Positions 9,423-21,113 of a DNA stretch of 64,000 bases are shown here, one piece after another. Positions within the stretch are counted from its first letter, which is position 1, and each line of letters opens with the position of its first letter. Origin of the DNA: Candidatus Altimarinota bacterium (GTDB lineage: Bacteria > Patescibacteriota > Gracilibacteria > UBA4473); the NCBI GenBank assembly GCA_965231215.1, contig OZ246423.1, positions 288,001 through 352,000 on the forward strand, written 5' to 3'. The notes beneath the pieces are model-generated. The model was not told where the DNA came from and did not search any database. It worked only from the letters and a program-made list of their open reading frames with translations. The translations under genes were made by a program, and so were the position numbers.

Positions 9423-11213
9423 ATGCTTTTTTGCAAAAACCTCACTAAATCTTTTGGTTCTCAAACCCTCTTTTCCGAAGCTGATTTCCAACTCAATTCA
9501 GGCGAAAGAGTGGGAATTGTAGGACGGAATGGATCTGGAAAATCCACGCTATTTCGGCTTATCCTAGGTGAGGACAGTGTGGACGAAGGGACTATTTCTT
9601 TTCCTGATACCTACACCATTGGAGGTCTAGACCAGCATCTTAAATTTGAAAAACCCACCATTGTTGAGGAAGTTTCCCAGAGCCTAAGCAAAAGCCAGGA
9701 ACATGAAATCTGGAAAGCCGAAAAACTGCTCTCTGGTTTAGGATTCGCTCCTACAGACTTTAATAAACCCGCTTCCGATTTTTCTGGAGGGTTCCAGATA
9801 CGGGTAAAGTTGGCGCAATTACTGCTTTCTGAACCTAATTGTCTCCTACTCGACGAGCCTACCAACTACTTAGATATCGTGACCATCCGATGGTTGGAAC
9901 GATTTTTCAAATCTTGGTCTGGAGAACTGATTTGTATTTCACATGATCAGGCTTTTTTGGAACGCATCTGTACTCACACTATGGCCGTACATCGACAAAA
10001 GTTCAAAAAAGTAAAAGGCACTCCCAAAAAATGTTTTACCCAAATCGCTCAAGAAGAAGCCCTCCATGAACGCACTCGTCTTAACGATGAAAAGTCCAAA
10101 GCTAAACAAGAAAAATTTATCCGTGAATTTCGAGCCGGTGCCAGATCTGCCGGGCTTGTACAATCTCGGATCAAAATGTTAGAGAAAAAAGAAACCCTCA
10201 AAGCCCTGCCCCCTATCCCGCCTATCAAGTTTCACTTCAGTGAAGCCGAATTCACAGGCGCAAAATTGTGTGAAGCCCACAATCTACAATTTGGATATGA
10301 ATCTGGCCAGGACCTTCTTAAACGCCTCAGCCTTGAAATTTTTCCAGGCGATCGTATTGGGATTATTGGGGCAAACGGAAAAGGAAAAACCACACTTTTG
10401 CGTATTCTCAACCAAGAACTCCCTCCAAACGCTGGCACCCTAAAAACGCATCCAAATACCCACACAGGATACATGGGACAGTCTAACATAGACCGGCTTG
10501 AACCGGGGAAAAACATTGTCGAAGAACTCCAATCTCTTCACGGTGTAGAGCCACAAGAAGCCCGAAGCATCGCTGGGAATTTACTGTTTTCCGGAGACCT
10601 CGCCTACAAACCTATAAAAGTCCTTTCTGGAGGCGAAAAAGCTCGCGTAAACTTGGGCAAAGTACTACTGACCCCCGTTAACCTCCTACTCCTAGATGAA
10701 CCCACCAATCACCTCGATTATGAATCCATCCAGGCCTTCATTGACGCAGTGAAAACCTTTGAAGGCGGAACCGTTTTTGTCTCCCACAACGAAGCTTTTT
10801 TAGAAGCTGTAGCCGATAAACTCATTGTGTTTGATGAGAATGAAGTTTTCTTCTACCCCAACGATTACCAAACTTTTTTGGCCGAAAAAGGGTTCCAATC
10901 TGAAGTGGAACAACTTTCTACTCGAGAAAAAAGTATAAAACACCGAAGTGACAAATCCGAAGACTACAACAAAAAAAAAGAACGAGAACGTTTACTGCGC
11001 CCTCTCAATAAAAAGTTAAATGAAATAGAAAACAAAATTTTAAAAATTGAAGAGGCTCAAAAACAGAATGTTGAAAATTTCAAAACCGCCGAACGCCAAG
11101 GCAATCGCCTAAAAATGGAAACCCTCGGCATCCAATACCAAGACCTACAAAAAGAGCTGGAACATCTATGGGAAAAATGGAATGAAGTAGCTAGAGCAAT
11201 TCAGAAAATATAA
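9423..11213 (+). CDS. ABC-F family ATPase
   Basis: Two ABC domains (GRNGSGKST/FSGG/LLDEPTN; GANGKGKTT/LSGGE/LLDEPTNHLD), no TM segments, C-terminal coiled coil. Confidence 0.95.
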   Translation: MLFCKNLTKSFGSQTLFSEADFQLNSGERVGIVGRNGSGKSTLFRLILGEDSVDEGTISFPDTYTIGGLDQHLKFEKPTIVEEVSQSLSKSQEHEIWKAEKLLSGLGFAPTDFNKPASDFSGGFQIRVKLAQLLLSEPNCLLLDEPTNYLDIVTIRWLERFFKSWSGELICISHDQAFLERICTHTMAVHRQKFKKVKGTPKKCFTQIAQEEALHERTRLNDEKSKAKQEKFIREFRAGARSAGLVQSRIKMLEKKETLKALPPIPPIKFHFSEAEFTGAKLCEAHNLQFGYESGQDLLKRLSLEIFPGDRIGIIGANGKGKTTLLRILNQELPPNAGTLKTHPNTHTGYMGQSNIDRLEPGKNIVEELQSLHGVEPQEARSIAGNLLFSGDLAYKPIKVLSGGEKARVNLGKVLLTPVNLLLLDEPTNHLDYESIQAFIDAVKTFEGGTVFVSHNEAFLEAVADKLIVFDENEVFFYPNDYQTFLAEKGFQSEVEQLSTREKSIKHRSDKSEDYNKKKERERLLRPLNKKLNEIENKILKIEEAQKQNVENFKTAERQGNRLKMETLGIQYQDLQKELEHLWEKWNEVARAIQKI

Positions 11214-11220
11214 TTTTTTA

Positions 11221-12003
11221 TTATTGAGTTTCCTGCATTTCTCGAACCTGTTTGAGCATCATTTTTTTCGGCATAAAAGGAATCGCCCACATCATAAACT
11301 TTTGCCCAAAAGTGAGTCCAGAAACTACATCTATTTTGCCTTCGAGCATCCCATTATACCCATCCTCAGCAACACTACGGGCTGAAACTGTTTTTTGAAA
11401 TAGATTGGTTTTATCCATGCCTGATCTGCTCGCAAACCCTGTATTGGTAGCCCCTGGCATGAGATTAGTCACTGTAATATCAGTATCATAAAGTTCTTCG
11501 GCAATGGCATTAGAAAAGAATTGAAAATAAGACTTAGTTCCAAAGTAAACCGCTTGCAAGGGGCCAGGCATATAACTCGCCGTTGATGAAACATTCAAAA
11601 TTTTCCCAGAATTTCGCTTCACAAAATCGGGCAAAAACAATCTACATAAATGCGTAGGCGTAATCATATTCACCTGCATCATAGATCTATCTTTTGCCCA
11701 TTCACGTTCATGAAATTTTCCTTGTCCTCCAAACCCCGCGTTGTTGATAAGGTAATCAATCTGAATTTTTTTATGTTTAAGCGCTTCATAAATTTCTTGC
11801 GGTGCCGCTTCATCGTCCAAGTCTTTAGCCAAAACCGTTACTTTTATACCGTGTGCTGATTCTAGCTCTTTTTTGAGAGCCTTGAGGGCCTCTTCTCGCC
11901 TCGCTACTATCACTAAATCGCCTCCCCCTTCAGCATGTATATGCGCTAATTCCTTTCCAATACCTGAAGACGCTCCCGTAATCAAAGCCGTTTTATTTTT
12001 CAT
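11221..12003 (-). CDS. Short-chain dehydrogenase/reductase
   Basis: TGASSGIG, NNAGFG, YxxxK (YFGTK). Start taken at MKNKT. Confidence 0.93.
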   Translation of the reverse strand: MKNKTALITGASSGIGKELAHIHAEGGGDLVIVARREEALKALKKELESAHGIKVTVLAKDLDDEAAPQEIYEALKHKKIQIDYLINNAGFGGQGKFHEREWAKDRSMMQVNMITPTHLCRLFLPDFVKRNSGKILNVSSTASYMPGPLQAVYFGTKSYFQFFSNAIAEELYDTDITVTNLMPGATNTGFASRSGMDKTNLFQKTVSARSVAEDGYNGMLEGKIDVVSGLTFGQKFMMWAIPFMPKKMMLKQVREMQETQ

Positions 12004-12294
12004 AACTTTATTTTCTACTGTTACTAGGTTTTGGTCAAAATTTTTTTGTAAAAAAATTGAATACTTTTTGTGAGCAAATAAAGGTTTGGTTCTAAAAATC
12101 GAACAAAAAATTTGCACCAAAAAATTTCCTGGGTTTAATATAAGTTTAGCTTACGTTAACGAAATCAAAAGATTCCGGAACAGTCAGCATTCGCCCTCAT
12201 GAAAATTCTTTATTTCTATTCCCTTGCTTAGGCCTCGGTTTGAGTGCCTAAGGGTCTTTGCTTTTTTTAAAAATTAATCCCTAAAACCAAAAAC

Positions 12295-14223
<1,929 letters not shown>

Positions 14224-14369
14224 AACTCAAAAGCCTACTCACCTCAAAATTTATCTATCAAACGTTAGTTTTTTAACCTTAGGGTCATAACAAAAGAAAA
14301 GAATCTATTGGCCCGTGAACTAAGCCCCAAATAATTCGGCCTACCGAATAACATTAAAAACACTTGAAA

Positions 14370-14415
14370 GTACTATATATTGTATATTAGGATATTTTAA
14401 CATACTAAATATGGA
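14370..14415. promoter_or_regulatory. Tandem NrdR-box-like sites
   Basis: ACTATATATTGT (14372) and ACTAAATATGG (14404), 32 bp apart, upstream of nrdD; resemble the NrdR consensus acaCwAtATaTwGtg. Confidence 0.55.
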
Positions 14416-16546
14416 AATCATGACTATTAAGCAAATCCTAAAACGAACCGGCAAAACCGTAATTTTTCAACCTCAAAAAATACAAAAAGCCATCATCGCT
14501 GCCATGAAAGAGGTTCATGAACAAAACCCGAAAAAAGCGATAGAAATTACCGAGACCATCGTACAAAAATTAGAAGCCAATAAGGAAAAATCGCTTCCGT
14601 CTGTTGAAACCATCCAGAACTTAATCGAAAAAGAACTTATCAAGGCTGACCTCGACCAAGTCGCTAAAGCCTTTATTATTTACCGACAACATCGAGCCGA
14701 AAGTCGTGCCGACAAAGAAGTCGTGGTCCATGTAGAAAATACAATTAGTGAATATTTAGAGAAAATTGATTGGCGGGTAAATGCCAATTCCAATCAAGGC
14801 TACAGCCTTGGAGGATTAATCCTCAATACTTCCGGGAAGGTCACCGCCAATTATTGGCTCTCTCATATTTACCCACCAGAAGTCGGTCAAGCGCATCGTG
14901 ACGGAGACTATCACATCCATGACCTCGATATGTTTTCTGGCTACTGTGCCGGGTGGAGCTTGAGGGTCTTGCTTGAGGAAGGGTTTAATGGGGTTCCGAA
15001 CAAAACCGAATCAAATCCCCCCAAACATCTCTCGACCGCTGTGTCTCAAATGGTTAACTTTTTGGGGACGCTTCAAAACGAGTGGGCCGGCGCCCAAGCT
15101 TTTTCCAGTTTTGACACTTACCTGGCCCCTTTTGTAAAAAAATATGCACTCGAGAAAACGGCAGAAATAAAATCAATTCATCCAGATATAGAAGCGGAAA
15201 AACTAGAAAACTACATACAAGAAAAAACCTACCAATACGTACGACAAAACATCCAGGCTTTTGTTTTTAATTTAAATGTGCCTTCTCGCTGGGGGACCCA
15301 AACGCCTTTTACCAATATTACCCTGGATTGGACTTGTCCCAAGGATCTACAAAATAAGAAGTTGAAATTAGGAGGAACGGATTTCCAATATACCTTTGGC
15401 GAACTTCAGCCTGAAATGGATTTAATCAATCGTGCCTACATGGAAGTTATGACTGAAGGGGACGCTAAGGGGCGAGTGTTCACATTCCCCATTCCTACCT
15501 ACAACATCACCAAAGATTTCGAATGGGATAACCCCAAAACGATCCCGCTGTTTGAAATGACCGCCAAATACGGCATGCCTTATTTTCAGAACTTTATTAA
15601 CTCCGACATGGACCCGAATCATATCCGGTCTATGTGTTGCCGGCTACAACTCAATATGGACGAGCTGCTCAAACGCGGCAACGGCCTGTTTGGCTCAGCA
15701 GAAATGACCGGCTCTATCGGAGTTGTGACCATCTCAGCCCCGCGTTTAGGATACCTTCATAAAGGGAAAAAAGAAGATTTTCTAACCCAAATAGAATACC
15801 TGATGGAGTTGGCCAAAGTTTCGCTCGAGATTAAAAGAAAAGAAGTCCAAAAATGGATGGATCAAGGCCTTTTCCCTTATTCCAAAAGATACCTTGGACA
15901 CCTGAACAATCACTTTTCAACTATTGGCATCAATGGACTCAATGAGGCTATCCGAAATTTCACCGATGACGCAGAAAATATCTCTACCTCCTGGGGGCAA
16001 GACTTTGCCGAAGAAGTCCTCCTTTTCATGCAGAAAAAACTAAAAGATTTTCAGGAGGAAACCGGTAATCTCTACAACCTAGAAGCCACTCCCGCTGAAG
16101 GAACGACCTATCGTTTTGCCAAAGAAGACAAGGCTCGTTTCCCCGATATCCTGCAAGCCGGTACCGAAGAAAATCCCTACTACACAAATTCTTCGCAACT
16201 GCCCGTTGAGTACACCGAAGATGCTTTTGAAGCTTTAATGATGCAGGATCGTCTCCAAACAAAATACACGGGCGGGACCGTACTTCATTTATATATGGGC
16301 GAACGAATCTCTGATGCGATCGCTTGCCGCAGCTTAGTCCGAAAAGTGCTCACGCAGTTTCATCTTCCTTACATTACCATTACCCCCACTTTTTCCATCT
16401 GCCCACACCATGGTTATTTAGCGGGAGAACATGATTTTTGTCCGATCTGTGACCAAGAAATTGGGTATGAAGGGGAAGTACAAGACTCCGCATTACGCCG
16501 TCACTATGACTCACGAAAAAAAGGACTTCCCGTCCTGACTGATTAA
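14411..16546 (+). CDS. nrdD: Class III (anaerobic) ribonucleoside-triphosphate reductase, large part with ATP cone
   Basis: N-terminal ATP cone, HIHDL, YCAGW, SMCCRL, EATPAE, YTGGTV, CPHHG...CPIC. The glycyl-radical tail is absent. True start may be ATG 14420. Confidence 0.93.
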   Translation: MEIMTIKQILKRTGKTVIFQPQKIQKAIIAAMKEVHEQNPKKAIEITETIVQKLEANKEKSLPSVETIQNLIEKELIKADLDQVAKAFIIYRQHRAESRADKEVVVHVENTISEYLEKIDWRVNANSNQGYSLGGLILNTSGKVTANYWLSHIYPPEVGQAHRDGDYHIHDLDMFSGYCAGWSLRVLLEEGFNGVPNKTESNPPKHLSTAVSQMVNFLGTLQNEWAGAQAFSSFDTYLAPFVKKYALEKTAEIKSIHPDIEAEKLENYIQEKTYQYVRQNIQAFVFNLNVPSRWGTQTPFTNITLDWTCPKDLQNKKLKLGGTDFQYTFGELQPEMDLINRAYMEVMTEGDAKGRVFTFPIPTYNITKDFEWDNPKTIPLFEMTAKYGMPYFQNFINSDMDPNHIRSMCCRLQLNMDELLKRGNGLFGSAEMTGSIGVVTISAPRLGYLHKGKKEDFLTQIEYLMELAKVSLEIKRKEVQKWMDQGLFPYSKRYLGHLNNHFSTIGINGLNEAIRNFTDDAENISTSWGQDFAEEVLLFMQKKLKDFQEETGNLYNLEATPAEGTTYRFAKEDKARFPDILQAGTEENPYYTNSSQLPVEYTEDAFEALMMQDRLQTKYTGGTVLHLYMGERISDAIACRSLVRKVLTQFHLPYITITPTFSICPHHGYLAGEHDFCPICDQEIGYEGEVQDSALRRHYDSRKKGLPVLTD

Positions 16547-16579
16547 ATTTTAAACTTATTTCTTATCTTTTTACACACT

Positions 16580-16747
16580 ATGAACACTCCTAACCAAGGC
16601 CGAACTCGTTGCGAAATCTGGACACGAGTCATGGGCTATCATCGTCCAGTCTCTCACTACAATCCAGGTAAAAAATCAGAACACTACTCCCGACAGCATT
16701 TTGAAGAAAAAAACAGCTTTAACTCTCAATTCTGCAAAAAATACTAA
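16580..16747 (+). CDS. Separately encoded NrdD glycyl-radical domain (55 aa)
   Basis: MNTPNQGRTRCEIWTRVMGYHRPVSHYNPGKKSEH...; RVMGY is the glycyl-radical motif. Not in the supplied ORF track. Confidence 0.88.
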   Translation: MNTPNQGRTRCEIWTRVMGYHRPVSHYNPGKKSEHYSRQHFEEKNSFNSQFCKKY

Positions 16748-16749
16748 AC

Positions 16750-17007
16750 ATGCACTACATTTTATTTACCACAACGGTTTGCCCCAAATGCCCGGCTTTT
16801 AAAGATTTGATTGAAAATCAAACGACCCTTGAGGGAATGATACTCAACGAACAAAACTCCGAGTTTGCAACTCTGGTAAGTAAGTATGGCCTCAGCCAGG
16901 CTCCGACACTGTTAATTTTTGATGAAAATGACCAAATTCAACTGCAAACCAGTGACTATGCTGAAGCTGACAAATTTTTACAAACCCTCGAGCCGGCAAG
17001 CGTTTAA
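16750..17007 (+). CDS. Glutaredoxin/thioredoxin-like protein
   Basis: CPKC motif and APTLLI cis-Pro loop, inside the nrd operon. Confidence 0.8.
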   Translation: MHYILFTTTVCPKCPAFKDLIENQTTLEGMILNEQNSEFATLVSKYGLSQAPTLLIFDENDQIQLQTSDYAEADKFLQTLEPASV

Positions 17008-17031
17008 ACAAAAATTAACTCCAAAACTAGC

Positions 17032-17730
17032 ATGTTAATCGGTGGGATTCAGACGCTGACCTTAGTGGACTATCCAGAAACAGTCGGGGCGATTATTTTT
17101 ACCGCTGGCTGTAACATGCGCTGTGGCTACTGCCATAATGAAGAATTGGTGCTGCCTGATAAAATCAAGTGTCGCCGAGATTTTATTCCTCCCAAAAAAG
17201 TACTTAATTTCCTCAAGACACGGCAGGGCTTTTTGGAAGGCCTAGTCATTTCTGGTGGTGAGCCAACGGTCCAACCTGATTTGTTAGATTTTATGAGAGC
17301 GGTCAAAGCACTGAAATTTAAGGTAAAGCTTGATACAAACGGCACAAATCCTGTGTTGGTAGAACAAGCTCTCAACGAGAACCTGATTGACTATTTAGCG
17401 CTAGACATAAAAACCACTCCCAATGATTACAATCACCTAACCCAAGCCAATATTGATTTTCCGGCCATTACCAAGACCCGAGCTTTGGTAAGCCAAGCAG
17501 GCATTGACCATGAACTCCGGACGACACTCATCAAAGGCTATCACACGCCAGAAAAATTGTTAAAAATTGCCCAATTGGTGCAAGGAAGCCCGCGCTGGAC
17601 ACTGCAGACTTTTCGTCCCCAAAAAACTCTCGATGCTTGTTTTTCTAACTACAGCAGCTTTTCCCAAGAAGAAATGCAGGATATCAAAAAAGAATTGAAT
17701 CAATACGTAGAAAACATCCACCTCATTTAA
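17032..17730 (+). CDS. nrdG: Anaerobic RNR activating radical SAM enzyme
   Basis: CNMRCGYC, SGGEPT, KLDTNG. Confidence 0.92.
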   Translation: MLIGGIQTLTLVDYPETVGAIIFTAGCNMRCGYCHNEELVLPDKIKCRRDFIPPKKVLNFLKTRQGFLEGLVISGGEPTVQPDLLDFMRAVKALKFKVKLDTNGTNPVLVEQALNENLIDYLALDIKTTPNDYNHLTQANIDFPAITKTRALVSQAGIDHELRTTLIKGYHTPEKLLKIAQLVQGSPRWTLQTFRPQKTLDACFSNYSSFSQEEMQDIKKELNQYVENIHLI

Positions 17731-17785
17731 TCCCTCTGAGTTGGAATTGGCTAAGATTGCGCCGTATCACAGCTTTTTAGAAAAA

Positions 17786-18337
17786 CTAGGCCTGTTTTAA
17801 AACTTTATAATGATTCTGCACAAATCCACAGTTAAGTTTTTTTGAGTCTAATAATTCTAAATCAATATCTTCATTGATTTCACCAAACAGACGTTTCCCG
17901 TCTCCGAGCAATAGGGGAATAATAGTTAGAGTTATTTCTTCCACTAATCCGGCCCTTAGAAAAGACTGCACCACCAAACCACCATCAACATAAACCCGCT
18001 TTAAACCCTTAGCAAAAAGCTCTTCCATAAGTACGTTGGGTTCAGCAGAGGTTACCTGAACAGTGGAACGCAAATTTTCTGGTATATCATCGTTTGTCAT
18101 AGAGTGGCTCATTACCATGACCGGTTTTTTATAAGGCCACGCTTCAAAGCCTAAAACTTTTTTAAATGTACCGCTCCCCATAATCATTACCTCTATTTTT
18201 TCTACAAAACCATCATACCCTTGATCTTCTCCTTTGGTATCATACTTCATCAACCAGCTAAGATCATTGTCTTTCCTGGCCACAAAACCATCCAGGCTCA
18301 TAGCCATAAATACATATCCTTTTGCTCTGTCTTTCAT
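17786..18337 (-). CDS. Dihydrofolate reductase/RibD C-terminal family protein
   Basis: AMSLDGFVAR, IMGSGT, YVDGG, IPLLLGDG. Start taken at MKDRAK. Confidence 0.88.
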   Translation of the reverse strand: MKDRAKGYVFMAMSLDGFVARKDNDLSWLMKYDTKGEDQGYDGFVEKIEVMIMGSGTFKKVLGFEAWPYKKPVMVMSHSMTNDDIPENLRSTVQVTSAEPNVLMEELFAKGLKRVYVDGGLVVQSFLRAGLVEEITLTIIPLLLGDGKRLFGEINEDIDLELLDSKKLNCGFVQNHYKVLKQA

Positions 18338-18366
18338 AGACTTATTGTACAGAACAAAAGTGAGGC

Positions 18367-18450
18367 GTCTACCTACCCACATCAAAAAAGCCAAGCTAGA
18401 ACTAGCTTTTAATCGTTTCTGCGATCAACTGACTGTACTAGACCCTACTT
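18367..18450 (+). repeat. Degenerate copy of the dispersed intergenic repeat
   Basis: CTACCCAC..CAAAAAAGCCAA..TAGCTTT..CTGCGA..TGACTGTACTAGACCCTACTT resembles 25061-25147. Confidence 0.65.
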
Positions 18451-18998
18451 CACTGACCAAGCGCTTCCCAAATGACTTCTAAATCAGAACGCTTAACTTG
18501 TTTTTGCTTTTGTTCATGTAGGTTTCGAATAAAAGCACTTAAAATGCCCCACCAAATATCCATAAGTAGTTGTGTATCCAAAGACTTCAAAGCCCCTTCT
18601 TTCTGCCACGCTTTAATAAGCTCAACTGACTGTGCCGCCTCTTTTTTATAGAGTTTTCGCGCCTGAGCAGAAATTACCGGCCCTTTTTCTAACATCTGAA
18701 AAAACTGAAACTCTTCAAAATGTTTCAAATAATAACCAACCATAAACTCTGAAGATTTAAACACTACCGTTTTAGCTGGCTCAGAGTAGTCGAGGTTTTC
18801 ATGCATGGACGCGAAGGCTTGCTTCTTTTTTTCAAGATAAATAGTGTCAATCAATTCTTGTTTGGTTTTAAAATGCACAAACAGACTTCCAGAAGCTATT
18901 CCCACTTCTTTACAGATTTGGCTCGTGGAGGTTTTATGGATACCTTGAGCAACAAAGAGTTTTAAAGCCGCTTGGATTATTTTATCACGGGTTTTCAT
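18450..18998 (-). CDS. TetR/AcrR family regulator
   Basis: N-terminal HTH: IIQAALKLF...TSTSQICKEVGIASGSLFVHFKTKQEL. Confidence 0.92.
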   Translation of the reverse strand: MKTRDKIIQAALKLFVAQGIHKTSTSQICKEVGIASGSLFVHFKTKQELIDTIYLEKKKQAFASMHENLDYSEPAKTVVFKSSEFMVGYYLKHFEEFQFFQMLEKGPVISAQARKLYKKEAAQSVELIKAWQKEGALKSLDTQLLMDIWWGILSAFIRNLHEQKQKQVKRSDLEVIWEALGQ

Positions 18999-19972
18999 GG
19001 AGTTTTAGCACTTAAACTATTTTTGGATAAAAATTGACTCGCTCGCTCCACGATGTCATCAACAAACTCAGGCTTATAGTACAAATCAAAGTGCGTTGCA
19101 TTTTTGCAAATTAGCAGGTCTTTTTTGTCTGCTGGGATAGCGTCGTAAAACTCTTGAATCTTTTCCGTCGAATATCCCCCATCGGCATAGGCCATAAAAA
19201 AGGGTTTGTTTTTGTATTTTTTGATAAAATTAAAGGGATTGTACTTCCCAGTCATGATGTTACTGGCCCGATAAAAATTACCTTTATTTTTCCAACTGGG
19301 GCTCGCTCCGGGTTTATCACCGTAACCGTAGTACTGAGGCATATCAGCTTGCGTTGGCGTCGCCGGGATGTAAGTCATCCATTTTTTAAGCGGTACAATA
19401 GGAATATAAAAATAAATACCAAACTTGTGAAATAGGTTTATAAATGGATTAGAAATTCCCATCATAATCTGAGTTAAGAGTTTGCCACCAAAGGCTTTAG
19501 GATAATCAATGTGTGAGGTTAGGTATGGACTAATAGCCAGAACCGCTTTAACTTTCTCATTATCTGAACCTGCCGCCATGGCATGACCGGCTCCCATACA
19601 GATACCCGCACTGATGATTTTATCCGCATCAACCTCTGACAACGATGCTAGATACGCAAAAGCGTTTTTATTATCGGAAATAATAGAAAAAGGATCTTCC
19701 ATTTGCGGCACGCCTTCACTCCCACCAAACCCCTTTACATCAAAAGCGAGAGCCATATAGCCTTGTTCTGAAAATTTTTCGGCATAGAGTCCAGCCGTTT
19801 GCTCTTTCACGCCTGAGGCGGGGCGAGTCACCACTATCGCCGCTCGTTTTTCTCCCTTTTTATAATCCTTAGGGATAAATAGGTGTCCTTCTAGTTGGCA
19901 GCCGTCGCTGTCAAAGTAGATCGTATTTTTACCTGGTTTTAGTTTTTTGTTCATGATGTTTTTATGTGCCAT
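18995..19972 (-). CDS. Alpha/beta hydrolase
   Basis: SGVKEQTAGLYA, GFGGSEG, nucleophile elbow GICMG, HFDLY. Confidence 0.88.
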   Translation of the reverse strand: MAHKNIMNKKLKPGKNTIYFDSDGCQLEGHLFIPKDYKKGEKRAAIVVTRPASGVKEQTAGLYAEKFSEQGYMALAFDVKGFGGSEGVPQMEDPFSIISDNKNAFAYLASLSEVDADKIISAGICMGAGHAMAAGSDNEKVKAVLAISPYLTSHIDYPKAFGGKLLTQIMMGISNPFINLFHKFGIYFYIPIVPLKKWMTYIPATPTQADMPQYYGYGDKPGASPSWKNKGNFYRASNIMTGKYNPFNFIKKYKNKPFFMAYADGGYSTEKIQEFYDAIPADKKDLLICKNATHFDLYYKPEFVDDIVERASQFLSKNSLSAKTP

Positions 19973-19988
19973 GATTTAAATTTCAAAA

Positions 19989-20002
19989 AGTGAGTACTCA
20001 CT
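19989..20002. promoter_or_regulatory. Putative TetR operator AGTGAGTACTCACT
   Basis: Perfect 14-bp palindrome just upstream of the hydrolase-tetR operon. Confidence 0.65.
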
Positions 20003-20057
20003 CATTATTTATTAAAAACAAATATAAATCAAGGAAATTCATAAAAAGAGTTTTGCC

Positions 20058-20117
20058 TCCACCCACCTCCCTTATTCCAAAAGGGTTAATCAAAGACTAG
20101 CTTTCAAGCGTGGGGGG
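20058..20117 (+). repeat. Dispersed repeat part A, copy 1
   Basis: 60 bp identical to 28725-28784. Confidence 0.9.
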
Positions 20118-20123
20118 GAGAGA

Positions 20124-20906
20124 TTACTTTATGTTCGGGGAGATCAATTCAGGCTGAAAGTGATCGACATACAAAGCGTGTCCTTCATAAAAGAATCGGA
20201 GAACCTGATCGAGCCGAGCCCTCAAATGACGGGATAATTTTTCACACTCCCTCAAAAATTCATCGGTTTCATAACGCATTCGAGTTCTAGTACTTGCACC
20301 ATTCACACTCGATATATCCATCCATCCTGTTTGATGATAAAGACTTAGATTGGTAACGGCTCCACTTGGTTCTAAAACTCTCATAACAAGACGTTTTTGT
20401 CGGTGATGTAGTTCTTGGTCATCAAGGCTTGGGAGTTCAGTAAGAGCTTCTGATAAGTCATAGGGGTAAGTATGAATTTCTTTATACCCACCTTCAGGAG
20501 TCAAACCTAAGAGCGTAACCTCAAAAGAAGTTACTCCTGTTGGTTTTAGCAGAATTTTACTTGATTGCTCATCCTGAAAAGGATGGGCGGGTACACTAAC
20601 ACTTTCTCGCTTTTCTAGAGCTTTATCAATGTTGATTGGCTCTATGTGCATTAAAAACGGATCAATGTAAAAATTATTTTTTCTGTCTGAACAAACAATA
20701 GCATAGTGCAATATCCCCCCCTCTGTTACCGACCTCAAAAATTTTACCTTATAGCCTTCCGTTTTTAAAAGTTCTGATAACTGTTTACACTGTTGAACAC
20801 AGTTACCACCAAAATTTTCAGGGTAGATCATTCCCGAATTTACAAGAATTTTCCCAAAAGAATTATAGGGAGTAGTTTCTACAATTTGACTCAAGGCTTC
20901 TTTCAT
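20124..20906 (-). CDS. Hypothetical protein with an arylamine N-acetyltransferase/transglutaminase-like Cys-His-Asp triad
   Basis: FGGNCVQQ ... HYAIV ... FYIDPF spacing matches NAT-like catalytic motifs. Confidence 0.55.
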   Translation of the reverse strand: MKEALSQIVETTPYNSFGKILVNSGMIYPENFGGNCVQQCKQLSELLKTEGYKVKFLRSVTEGGILHYAIVCSDRKNNFYIDPFLMHIEPINIDKALEKRESVSVPAHPFQDEQSSKILLKPTGVTSFEVTLLGLTPEGGYKEIHTYPYDLSEALTELPSLDDQELHHRQKRLVMRVLEPSGAVTNLSLYHQTGWMDISSVNGASTRTRMRYETDEFLRECEKLSRHLRARLDQVLRFFYEGHALYVDHFQPELISPNIK

Positions 20907-20968
20907 TTTTTAATGCATATTAGAAATGTAAATAAAAATAGTCAAGGGTTTTCACTCTCATTTCCTCA

Positions 20969-21085
20969 TATCGAACCCTGGGCTTGGGTTCAAAGCCCAA
21001 CTCCAAAATATATTTTAAAAAACAGACTCAAGGTCTGTGTTTTTAAATATGGCTGGCTTGTGTGGATGAAGTTAGGAAGATTATT
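20969..21085 (+). repeat. Dispersed repeat part B, copy 1 (hairpins plus TGGCTG att-like end)
   Basis: Near-identical to 28810-28935; contains the AAAAAACAGAC-nnnnn-GTCTGTGTTTTT hairpin. Confidence 0.9.
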
Positions 21086-21113
21086 TTAGAGTCCAAACAA
21101 CATCTATTATTTC

